From: Candidatus Magasanikiibacteriota bacterium | GTDB lineage: Bacteria > Patescibacteriota > Patescibacteriia > Magasanikbacterales > GWA2-37-8 | DNA: 64,000 nt | Reading direction: 5' to 3' | Assembly: GCA_023246715.1 (NCBI GenBank) | Contig: JAHFHZ010000001.1 | Coordinates: 48,571 to 112,570 of the forward strand | Shown here: positions 50,054 through 58,197 of the stretch, piece after piece | Layout of the letters: the number at the start of each line of letters is the position of its first letter | Position numbering within the stretch: position 1 is the stretch's first letter | The notes under the pieces: generated by a model | The model's database searches: none | Seen by the model: the letters and a program-made list of their open reading frames with translations, nothing else | Told to the model about the DNA's origin: nothing | Position numbers and translations under genes: made by a program

Positions 50054-51037
50054 TTGCTTATGAACTTGGTGGCAAATATATTGCTGGTTGGTTTCGGCTC
50101 TATCGGGCGGCGGCATTATGCCAACCTGCTTGCTTTGGGGCATACTGCAATCAGCGTGGTTGATCCGGATGATTCGCGATTTATCGATCAACCCGGCGTA
50201 CGCCGTTTTAACCAAGAATTAAGCGAACAAAATTTAGCTCAATTTAACATCGTGTTTATTTGTAATCCGACGAGCGCCCATATCCCGGTAGCGCTCCTGG
50301 CCGCCCGGGCGGGCTGTCATTTATTTATTGAGAAGCCATTGTCGCACACGCTGGAGGGTGCCCGGGAGCTTGCCCTGCTCGCCATAAAGCAAAAATTGAT
50401 TACTATGGTTGGCTGCAATCTGCGTTTTGACCCGGCGATTTCTAAAATGAAAGAGCTGTGCGCGGCTGGCGCGGCGGGTAAAATTTTAGCAGTGTATTTG
50501 GAATATGGCCGGTATTTGCCGTATCAACGTCCAACGGTTGATTATAGGACTGTCTATGCTGGTAAAAAAGCGATGGGCGGCGGAGTTTTATTGGATGATA
50601 TCCACGATTTTGATTTATTAACGTGGTTTTCCGACCAGGCGTCGCTTGAAAAGATACAAATCTTTAAAGCCCATGTAAGTAATTTGGAAATTGACGTGGA
50701 AGATATTGCGAACGTGGTGGTGCAGTTTGAAAATGGCATTATCGGGAGCATCCGTTGTGACTATCTGCAACAATATAAACACCGCAATTTAAAGATTATC
50801 GGCGAGAAAGCGAATTTGGTTTGGGAATTCCGCGAGAATAAAATTTGGGGGGAGTACTATGATCAAGGTACGGAGCGTCGTGATTTACTCGCTGCGTTCG
50901 AGCAGGCTGATCCAAATAAAATGTATCAGGACGAACTTAATTATTTTTTAAGCTGTGTTCAAGATAAAAAAGAAACCTTTCATGGCGTGAGCGATGCAGC
51001 GGCCGAAATTGAATCTTTACTTACCGCGAAGCTATGA
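50054..51037 (+). CDS. Gfo/Idh/MocA-family NAD(P) oxidoreductase
   Basis: LLVGFGSIGRRH Rossmann motif; EKPL motif. Confidence 0.75.
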   Translation: MLMNLVANILLVGFGSIGRRHYANLLALGHTAISVVDPDDSRFIDQPGVRRFNQELSEQNLAQFNIVFICNPTSAHIPVALLAARAGCHLFIEKPLSHTLEGARELALLAIKQKLITMVGCNLRFDPAISKMKELCAAGAAGKILAVYLEYGRYLPYQRPTVDYRTVYAGKKAMGGGVLLDDIHDFDLLTWFSDQASLEKIQIFKAHVSNLEIDVEDIANVVVQFENGIIGSIRCDYLQQYKHRNLKIIGEKANLVWEFRENKIWGEYYDQGTERRDLLAAFEQADPNKMYQDELNYFLSCVQDKKETFHGVSDAAAEIESLLTAKL

Positions 51038-51795
51038 CGCTCAATATTTTTATTCAGGCGCGGATGGGTTCCACGCGCTTGCCTGGCAAAATGCTGGCTT
51101 TAATTGCGGATAAAACTGTTCTGCAGGTTTTAGTAGAGCGGTTGCGGCGTGTAAATGGCCGCCCACAGATTATCCTGGCAACGAGCAGCTCGCCCGAGAA
51201 CGATGTTTTAGAGTCAGAAGCGAGGCGTTTGGGAATTGCTGCTTTTCGCGGCGCGGAAGAAAATATTTTAGACCGTTTATACAAGGCCAGCCAAGAATTT
51301 CCTGCGGATTTATTGGCTAGGGTAACTGGTGATTGTCCGTTGATTGATTCCGCGCTTATTGATGAAGGGCGACAAGTTTTGGAGCGAGGCGGCTACGATA
51401 TGGTGAGTAACGTGCGCGTACGCTCTTATCCCGACGGGCTTGATTTTGAATTGTTTAAACCGGCGGCTTTGGAGCGAGCGTGGCAGGCCGAACAGGCTGA
51501 CGAACGCGGAGGAGACGTTTTTATTAATCCCACTCAGTATATTCACCACCAGCCGAATTTTAAGGAGCATGATTTAGTGCATGAACCGAACCTTGGCGAA
51601 TTACGCTTGACGCTCGACCATCCTGAAGACCTGGAAGTCATCCGGCAGGTTTACGCCGGGCTGGCGCACAACGAGGAATTTGGTTTACAGGAGATCGTTG
51701 CTTTCCTGCAGGCAAACCCCCACATTGTAGAACTTAATAAAAAATACGTTCAATTGGATTACGGCTTGAGTCCAGCTGTAGGGGTGACCACTTAA
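51034..51795 (+). CDS. Acylneuraminate/pseudaminate cytidylyltransferase-like (CMP-sugar synthetase)
   Basis: IFIQARMGSTRLPGKML, DCPLID. Confidence 0.7.
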   Translation: MTLNIFIQARMGSTRLPGKMLALIADKTVLQVLVERLRRVNGRPQIILATSSSPENDVLESEARRLGIAAFRGAEENILDRLYKASQEFPADLLARVTGDCPLIDSALIDEGRQVLERGGYDMVSNVRVRSYPDGLDFELFKPAALERAWQAEQADERGGDVFINPTQYIHHQPNFKEHDLVHEPNLGELRLTLDHPEDLEVIRQVYAGLAHNEEFGLQEIVAFLQANPHIVELNKKYVQLDYGLSPAVGVTT

Positions 51796-51811
51796 TTGCC
51801 ACCCAGCTTTC

Positions 51812-51839
51812 TTGCCTTATTCCCCGGCCGCAGTATAAT
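51812..51839 (+). promoter_or_regulatory. Sigma-70-like promoter candidate: TTGCCT-N16-TATAAT upstream of the first amidotransferase module
   Basis: Read from the sequence, in the 69-bp gap after the cytidylyltransferase. Confidence 0.35.
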
Positions 51840-51864
51840 AGTTTAGTTATCCTAAAATACCCCT

Positions 51865-53028
51865 ATGAATACCAGAATTGTCAGTGATTCCAAGGATCTA
51901 ATTCGCTGTTCGCGCTGCGTGATGCCCGAAACCCAGGAGCCGATTATGTTCGACGCCGAGGGGGTTTGTAATACCTGCCGGAATTTAGAAATAAAACAGC
52001 AAAAAATTGACTGGGACGCCCGACTGAAACAGTTTGAGGAAATCATTAATCAATACCGGGGCAAGTACCAGTACGATTGCATTGTCCCATTTAGCGGCGG
52101 CAAGGATTCCACCTATACCGTGTGGGCGCTGGTTAAAAAGTTCGGTTTGAAGCCGTTGGTGGTGCGGTACAACCACCATATGATTCGGCCGCAAACTTTG
52201 CGCAATCAGGAAATGACGATTAAACAGCTTAAGTTGGATTTTTTGGAATATCGCACTGATTGGGATTTGGTAAAAAAATTAATGCGCGTCAGCCTGGACC
52301 GCAAGGGTGATATTTACTGGTACCAACACACTGGCATTTTTTGTTTCCCGATGCACATGGCGATTAAGTTCAACGTACCATTGATTATTTGGGGCGAGCC
52401 CACGGCCGAGTACGCCGCGTATTACCGCTATGATGAAGAAGAAATCGGCGACGAGGAGCGCTTCAATTATTTTATCAATCTCGGAATTACCGCCCAAGAC
52501 ATGATCGGTTTTTTGAATGATCCGACCGTAAAATTAGCTGATCTTTGGGCCCATCAGTTCCCGGCCCGCAAAGATTTACAGGCGATTGAATGTCGCTCAA
52601 TTTGTTTGGGAACCTACACTCCGTGGGATGTAAAGGCGCAGGCCAAGATTATTCAAGACGAACTTGGTTGGAAAGGTGATATGGTAGAAGGGGTGCCACC
52701 GGAGTATAACTACGAAAAAATTGAAGACATGCTACAGGGCGTACAAGATTATCTTAAATATATCAAACGTGGCTATGGTCGCATGAGCCACCTGGCTTCG
52801 ATTGATATTAGGAATGGTCGATTGACCCGCGAAAAGGCAATGCAAATGGTGGAGCAATGGGAAGGCCGCCGCCCCGGGAGCCTTGATGCGTTATTAAAAT
52901 GGCTCAATTTGTCCGAAGTGGAATTTTATGAAATTGCCAATCGGCATCGAGTGAGCCCCTGGAAACACGATTCTTCCCAGACCAAACGCGGCGAATCGCT
53001 CCCAGATCAAAAGGATTGGGTGATTTAA
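51865..53028 (+). CDS. N-acetyl sugar amidotransferase (PP-loop ATPase; WbuX/PseA family)
   Basis: N-terminal Cys4 ribbon (CSRCVMPE...CNTC), PP-loop VPFSGGKDSTY. Confidence 0.8.
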   Translation: MNTRIVSDSKDLIRCSRCVMPETQEPIMFDAEGVCNTCRNLEIKQQKIDWDARLKQFEEIINQYRGKYQYDCIVPFSGGKDSTYTVWALVKKFGLKPLVVRYNHHMIRPQTLRNQEMTIKQLKLDFLEYRTDWDLVKKLMRVSLDRKGDIYWYQHTGIFCFPMHMAIKFNVPLIIWGEPTAEYAAYYRYDEEEIGDEERFNYFINLGITAQDMIGFLNDPTVKLADLWAHQFPARKDLQAIECRSICLGTYTPWDVKAQAKIIQDELGWKGDMVEGVPPEYNYEKIEDMLQGVQDYLKYIKRGYGRMSHLASIDIRNGRLTREKAMQMVEQWEGRRPGSLDALLKWLNLSEVEFYEIANRHRVSPWKHDSSQTKRGESLPDQKDWVI

Positions 53029-53035
53029 AACTCGT

Positions 53036-53659
53036 ATGATCGTAGTGGTTGACTACGGCATGGGAAATTTGGGTTCGATTGCGAAAGCCCTGGAGTATGT
53101 CGGGGGTGAAGTACTCGTAACCAACGACCCTGCCCGTGTGGCACAAGCCGATAAATTAGTGCTCCCCGGAATGGGCGCTTTTCAGGATGGCATGAAACAT
53201 CTGGAGGAGCGTGGTTTGGTGCCCCTGTTGACCGATTTGGTGTTGAACCAAAAAAAACCATTTTTGGGGATTTGTTTAGGCATGCAGCTTTTGGCTAAAC
53301 GCGGTTTTGAATGGGGCGAATACCCCGGTTTGGGTTGGATTGACGCCGAGGTGGTTCGATTTGAAGTTGATAAAATCAAGGGATTAAGCGTGCCCCACGT
53401 GGGATGGAATGATTTAACTTTGACGCGGAGCACGCCGTTATTTGCTGGCTTGGAGAATGGGGCGGATGTTTATTTCGTGCATAGCTATCATTTGGCGTGC
53501 CGTGAACCGAAGTTGGTGACTGCTACATTTGAATACGGCGATACTTTTACCGCCGCTTTAATGCAGGAGAATATTTTTGCCACGCAATTTCACCCAGAAA
53601 AAAGTCAACGTGATGGACTGACGATGCTCAAGAATTTTTTATCTTGGCAACCCCAGTGA
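53036..53659 (+). CDS. hisH: HisH-like class I glutamine amidotransferase (WbuY-like)
   Basis: MIVVVDYGMGNLGS, GICLGMQLL (catalytic Cys), HS...FHPEKS. Confidence 0.85.
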   Translation: MIVVVDYGMGNLGSIAKALEYVGGEVLVTNDPARVAQADKLVLPGMGAFQDGMKHLEERGLVPLLTDLVLNQKKPFLGICLGMQLLAKRGFEWGEYPGLGWIDAEVVRFEVDKIKGLSVPHVGWNDLTLTRSTPLFAGLENGADVYFVHSYHLACREPKLVTATFEYGDTFTAALMQENIFATQFHPEKSQRDGLTMLKNFLSWQPQ

Positions 53660-53660
53660 T

Positions 53661-54416
53661 ATGTTGAAACAGCGCATTATCCCGATGCTACTACTCTATA
53701 AAGGGAGAATGGTTAAGACCGTTCAATTTGCCGAGTATCGTGATGTTGGCAACCCCGTCACCACCGCGCGTGTTTTCCAGGCGCAACGAGCCGACGAATT
53801 GCTCTTCCTGGATATTTCTGCTAGCATCGAAGATCGGGGGATACTTTTTGATATCGTTAAAGAGGTCTCCGGTGAATGTTTCATGCCTTTGGGCGTTGGC
53901 GGCGGCCTGCGTACTTTGGAGGATATTCGCGCGATTTTGGAAAAAGGCGCGGATAAGGTAATTATTAATACCGCGGCAGTGGAACATCCCGGCTTTATAG
54001 AAGACGCGGCGCGACGATTCGGCAGTTCCACGATTGTAGTTTCGATTGATACGAAAAAAAGGAACGACGGGACTTACGAAGTGTATACGCGCCGGGCGAC
54101 CAACGCTACCGGGCTTGATCCGGTTGCCTGGGCCGTTGAAGCCGCGCGGCGCGGCGCGGGGGAAATTATTATTACCCGGGCTGATTTGGACGGGACGATG
54201 CAGGGATTGGATATTGGACTCATTACGAAAGTTGTCCAATCCGTGAACGTGCCCGTGGTGGCTTCGGGTGGGGTGGGATCGCTCGATGATTTTCGCAACG
54301 CTTTTCAGGCTGGAGTATCAGGAGTAGGCGCGGGGAGCATTTTTCACTTTACCGATCAGAGCATTGTTAAAACCAGAAAATATTTATGTAATGCCGGGAT
54401 TAATGTACGGCCTTAA
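53661..54416 (+). CDS. hisF: HisF-like cyclase/ammonia-channel subunit (WbuZ-like)
   Basis: RIIPMLL..G..VKTVQF, DELLFLDISAS, VGGGLRTLEDI. Confidence 0.85.
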   Translation: MLKQRIIPMLLLYKGRMVKTVQFAEYRDVGNPVTTARVFQAQRADELLFLDISASIEDRGILFDIVKEVSGECFMPLGVGGGLRTLEDIRAILEKGADKVIINTAAVEHPGFIEDAARRFGSSTIVVSIDTKKRNDGTYEVYTRRATNATGLDPVAWAVEAARRGAGEIIITRADLDGTMQGLDIGLITKVVQSVNVPVVASGGVGSLDDFRNAFQAGVSGVGAGSIFHFTDQSIVKTRKYLCNAGINVRP

Positions 54417-54428
54417 TAATAGGGATGT

Positions 54429-55481
54429 ATGATTAAAGACATTCGCCTGGGTAATCGCGTGCTGGGGTTGGAACAACCGGTTTTTATTTCGGCCGAAGTA
54501 GGCACTACCTGCAACGGTGATTTTGAAACTGCTAAAAAATTAATCAAAGCCGCCAAAGATGCTGGCATGGACGCAGTAAAATTCCAAATTCTTGACCCGC
54601 TTGATAAATACAGCGACCATTCGCTCACTTATACCTATAAGCGGTTCAACGGCGAAGAAGTAACTGAAAATTTTATTGAGATGCTTAAAAAGTACGTGCA
54701 ACCCAAAGAAAATTGGCGGGCGCTAAAGGAATACGCCGATGAGTTGGGAATTATTATGTTTGCCACCCCCGACCATATGGCGGCGGTGGATCTGATGGAA
54801 GAATTGGGGATGCCCGCCTATAAAGTGGCCACTTGGGACGTAACCTGGTATCCATTTTTACGCAAAATTGCTTGTACCAAAAAACCAGTTGTTTTGGACT
54901 TTGGCGCTTCGGATAAAGAAGAAATTGCCCGGATTTTGAAAATTTTTGAAGAAGAAGGCAATGACCAATTGATTTTACTGCATTGCTACCATACCAATGA
55001 TTTTGCCCAAATGAACATCCGCACCGTGGAATATTTGCGTGAAGCGTTTGGCCACCTGAGCGGCTATTCGGCAGATGACGCGAATCATGATTTAGATTTT
55101 ATGTCACTCCCATATCGCCCGGTGTATATTGAAAAGCGTTTGACACTGAACCGTGAGGACCCTAACCATCATCATGGTAAGGCCGCGCAGCCAGAAGAAA
55201 TGGTGGCTTACGTACAGCGTATTCATGAATTGAGTAAAGCGCGTGGAGTGTTTGATGTGCGCCCGACTGAAGGAGATTTGCGCGATAAATTTAAGTATTT
55301 CCGCCGAATTGTGGTTTATCGCGACCTTAAAGCAGGTGAAACGTTGACGGAAGAAAACACGATGTGCAAGCGTCCATTGCAAGGCGGGGTCGACCCACAG
55401 TATTTGCCTTTATTTTTGGGGCGTACGGTTAAACGGGCGATGAAGGAAAACGAACCAGTCCAATGGGTTGACTTGGAATAA
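54429..55481 (+). CDS. NeuB/PseI/LegI-family nonulosonic acid synthase
   Basis: PVFISAEVGTTCNGDFETAKKLIKAAKDAGMDAVKFQ; C-terminal SAF-like domain. Confidence 0.8.
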   Translation: MIKDIRLGNRVLGLEQPVFISAEVGTTCNGDFETAKKLIKAAKDAGMDAVKFQILDPLDKYSDHSLTYTYKRFNGEEVTENFIEMLKKYVQPKENWRALKEYADELGIIMFATPDHMAAVDLMEELGMPAYKVATWDVTWYPFLRKIACTKKPVVLDFGASDKEEIARILKIFEEEGNDQLILLHCYHTNDFAQMNIRTVEYLREAFGHLSGYSADDANHDLDFMSLPYRPVYIEKRLTLNREDPNHHHGKAAQPEEMVAYVQRIHELSKARGVFDVRPTEGDLRDKFKYFRRIVVYRDLKAGETLTEENTMCKRPLQGGVDPQYLPLFLGRTVKRAMKENEPVQWVDLE

Positions 55482-55490
55482 TTTTCATTT

Positions 55491-56732
55491 ATGAATTACT
55501 GCCAACGCTGCTGTTATCCGGCCAATGCAAAACCTACGATTGCTTTTGACGATCAAGGAGTTTGCAGCGGGTGCCGATTGCACGACGCGCGCAAGCAAAT
55601 TGATTGGAAAGAGCGCGAAACGTGGTTCCGGGAAATTATGGAAAAATATAAAGCCGAAGGCAAAAAGCGCGGCAATATTTATGACTGCGTGATCGCGGTC
55701 TCGGGTGGCAAAGACAGTTTCTATCAAGCGTGGTTGGCTAAACAATACGGCATGAATCCGCTTTTGGTGACGTTTAACCATACGTTTAATACCAAAGTAG
55801 GGATTTATAATTTGCAAACGATGGTCAAAAGCCTGAATCTGGACTTGTTGCGCTTTACCCCGAACGAAGAATCAGTGCGCAAAATTTCGCGCCATATGGT
55901 GAAGACGGTGGGTGACTGCGATTGGCATTCGCATGCTGGCATTATGACTTTCCCCATTCGCGTGGCCGTGCAATACAACACCCCGTTGATTATCTGGGGT
56001 GAACACGGGTTTGCGGACCAGACGGGTATGTTCAACCAAAATGACATGGTGGAATTCACCAAGAAAACTCGCCGCGAACACAGCATGCGCGGTTTTGAGC
56101 CTGAGGATTTGGTGGGGCATGAAGGGCTGGCTGAAAAAGATTTAGGACCGTACCATTATCCATCGGACGAAGAAATTGAGCGCGTTGGTTTGCGCGGTAT
56201 TTACATCAGTAATTACTTTTTCTGGAATGGCAAAGCCCAGGCGGAATTTTTGATTAAGAATTTTAATTTCCGTACGGCCGCGCAGAAGGACCGAACGTAT
56301 AATATTTACGACAAAATTGATGGGTTCCATCAATGCGGCACGCATGATTATTTGAAATACCTGAAGTTTGGATATGGTCGGGCGACTGATGACGCTAGTA
56401 TGGATATCCGCCATGGTCGGATGACCCGCGAAGAGGGGATTGAAATGGTACAAAAATACGATCATGTTCGGCCAACCGATTTGGATGTATACCTGAAGTG
56501 GGTGGGACTAAGCGAGGCAGAATTAATGGGCGTGGTGGATACCATGCGCGACCAGAAAATTTGGCAGAAAGACGCTGCTCACAAATGGCAGATAACTGAT
56601 TCAATTGGTAATCATATCAATGATCCTGGAGCGCAAACGGCGAAATTACCGCTTGATGGAGATCGCGGTGGTTATACCGCGAATCTACCCCCGTATTATT
56701 GGGAGCGTGATGATCAATATATTATTTTGTAG
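55491..56732 (+). CDS. N-acetyl sugar amidotransferase (second paralogue; PP-loop ATPase)
   Basis: CQRCCYPA...CSGC zinc ribbon, VSGGKDSFY PP-loop. Confidence 0.8.
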   Translation: MNYCQRCCYPANAKPTIAFDDQGVCSGCRLHDARKQIDWKERETWFREIMEKYKAEGKKRGNIYDCVIAVSGGKDSFYQAWLAKQYGMNPLLVTFNHTFNTKVGIYNLQTMVKSLNLDLLRFTPNEESVRKISRHMVKTVGDCDWHSHAGIMTFPIRVAVQYNTPLIIWGEHGFADQTGMFNQNDMVEFTKKTRREHSMRGFEPEDLVGHEGLAEKDLGPYHYPSDEEIERVGLRGIYISNYFFWNGKAQAEFLIKNFNFRTAAQKDRTYNIYDKIDGFHQCGTHDYLKYLKFGYGRATDDASMDIRHGRMTREEGIEMVQKYDHVRPTDLDVYLKWVGLSEAELMGVVDTMRDQKIWQKDAAHKWQITDSIGNHINDPGAQTAKLPLDGDRGGYTANLPPYYWERDDQYIIL

Positions 56733-56753
56733 TGGGTTAGTAAGCTGTCGGTT

Positions 56754-57389
56754 ATGATCGGCATTGTAAATTATCAGGCCAATAATTTGCGCTCAGTTGC
56801 CAACGCTCTTAAGGCGATTGGCGCTGAATTTTTTATTGCCGATGAACCAGCTCGCTTGGCCAAGGCAACGGCTATTGTGCTGCCTGGCGTGGGCGCTTTT
56901 AGCGACAGTATGACCAATTTGAGGCGTCTGGGCTTTATCGAGCCCCTGCAACAGGCGGTGCGCGTTGAAAAAAAACCGGTGTTAGGCCTCTGTCTGGGGA
57001 TGCAGTTGATGGCAGAAAAAAGTTTTGAATTTGGCGAGCATGAAGGTTTGGGTTGGTTACAAGGAACAGTAGAAAAAATTGAGCCAAACGATCAGTCGTT
57101 CAGGGTGCCGCACATGGGTTGGAATAATTTGGAACATATTTCGCCCGCCAGCATGCTGTTGCAGAGTATCGTGCAGCCAGCGGTAGTTTATTTTGTGCAT
57201 AGTTATTATTTTAAACCGGTCGCTGGAGCGGAAGCGGTAGTAACTTCAACTGTTTCACACGGACTCACCCTTACAGCTACGGTGGAAAAAGATTATATTT
57301 TTGGTTGTCAGTTCCATCCCGAAAAAAGCCAGCAAGCCGGTTTGCTGATTTTGCAAAATTTTGTTGAATATACCAAACAACATGCTTAA
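56754..57389 (+). CDS. hisH: HisH-like glutamine amidotransferase (second copy)
   Basis: MIGIVNYQANNLRS, GLCLGMQLM, FHPEKS. Confidence 0.85.
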   Translation: MIGIVNYQANNLRSVANALKAIGAEFFIADEPARLAKATAIVLPGVGAFSDSMTNLRRLGFIEPLQQAVRVEKKPVLGLCLGMQLMAEKSFEFGEHEGLGWLQGTVEKIEPNDQSFRVPHMGWNNLEHISPASMLLQSIVQPAVVYFVHSYYFKPVAGAEAVVTSTVSHGLTLTATVEKDYIFGCQFHPEKSQQAGLLILQNFVEYTKQHA

Positions 57390-58188
57390 GAAGCGTTTGA
57401 TTAGCTGCCTGCTGTGGCGGGAAGGCACGCTGGTTCAATCCCGACAATTCCAGCATACTAATTCGGTTGGAGATGCCCTGACAGCGGTTGATTTTTTTAA
57501 TACCTGGGCGATTGACGAGATCGTGCTGCTGGACGTTAGTCGCACTCCGAAACATCGAGCGTTGTTTCACGAACATTTACGCGAATTGTCGGAACGTTGC
57601 TTTGTTCCCTTGGCGGTGGGTGGCTGGGTAACTACCCTTGCGGAAATTCGACAGTTACTTTCCGAAGGGGCGGACAAAGTGGTGGTTAATACGGCCGCAG
57701 TCCGAGATCCAAATTTTATTACGATGGCTTCTGAATCTTTTGGCGCTCAATGTATTGTTGTTTCAATTGATGCCAAGAAAAATACAACTGGCGAGTATGA
57801 GGTATTTGTTAATCGAGGGAAGGATGCTGCCGGAATGCGGCCTGATCAATTAGCAAAAGTTTCCGAAGAACGGGGAGCTGGGGAAGTTTTTATTACTTCG
57901 ATTGATCATGATGGCAGGCAAGCCGGCTATGATATGGAGCTAGTTCGTTTGGTGCGACAGGCGACCAGCGTGCCGGTGGTTGCTTCGGGCGGGGTGGGTG
58001 AATGGTCGCACCTAGCCGAGGCAATTATCGAAGGCGGGGCTGATGCGGTTTCGGCGGCAAATATTTTTCATTATTCGGATCAAAGTACCAAAAAAGCCAA
58101 AGATTATTTGAAGTTAGTAGGGATTGACGTTCGCGAACCGGAATTTTATAAGATTTTATTACCACGCAAGCCGGTTTATAGGGTATAA
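57382..58188 (+). CDS. hisF: HisF-like cyclase subunit (second copy)
   Basis: MLKKRLISCLLWREG; VGGWVTTLAEI. The start overlaps the hisH stop (ATGCTTAA). Confidence 0.8.
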   Translation: MLKKRLISCLLWREGTLVQSRQFQHTNSVGDALTAVDFFNTWAIDEIVLLDVSRTPKHRALFHEHLRELSERCFVPLAVGGWVTTLAEIRQLLSEGADKVVVNTAAVRDPNFITMASESFGAQCIVVSIDAKKNTTGEYEVFVNRGKDAAGMRPDQLAKVSEERGAGEVFITSIDHDGRQAGYDMELVRLVRQATSVPVVASGGVGEWSHLAEAIIEGGADAVSAANIFHYSDQSTKKAKDYLKLVGIDVREPEFYKILLPRKPVYRV

Positions 58189-58197
58189 TCAGTTCTT

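Noticed and set aside
53691-54239. 182-aa minus-strand ORF (and similar ones at 61156-61704, 48028-48585, 1127-1513, 33585-33989)
   Set aside because: All lie entirely inside strongly supported plus-strand genes (HisF, NeuB, carbamoyltransferase, GT4, GT-C). They show no recognisable motifs and are typical antisense open frames.
53036-54416. HisH/HisF as part of a histidine biosynthesis operon
   Set aside because: No hisA/B/C/D/G/I genes are present. The pair occurs twice and is each time fused into an operon with a WbuX-type amidotransferase and a NeuB synthase, which is the known acetamidino-sugar arrangement.
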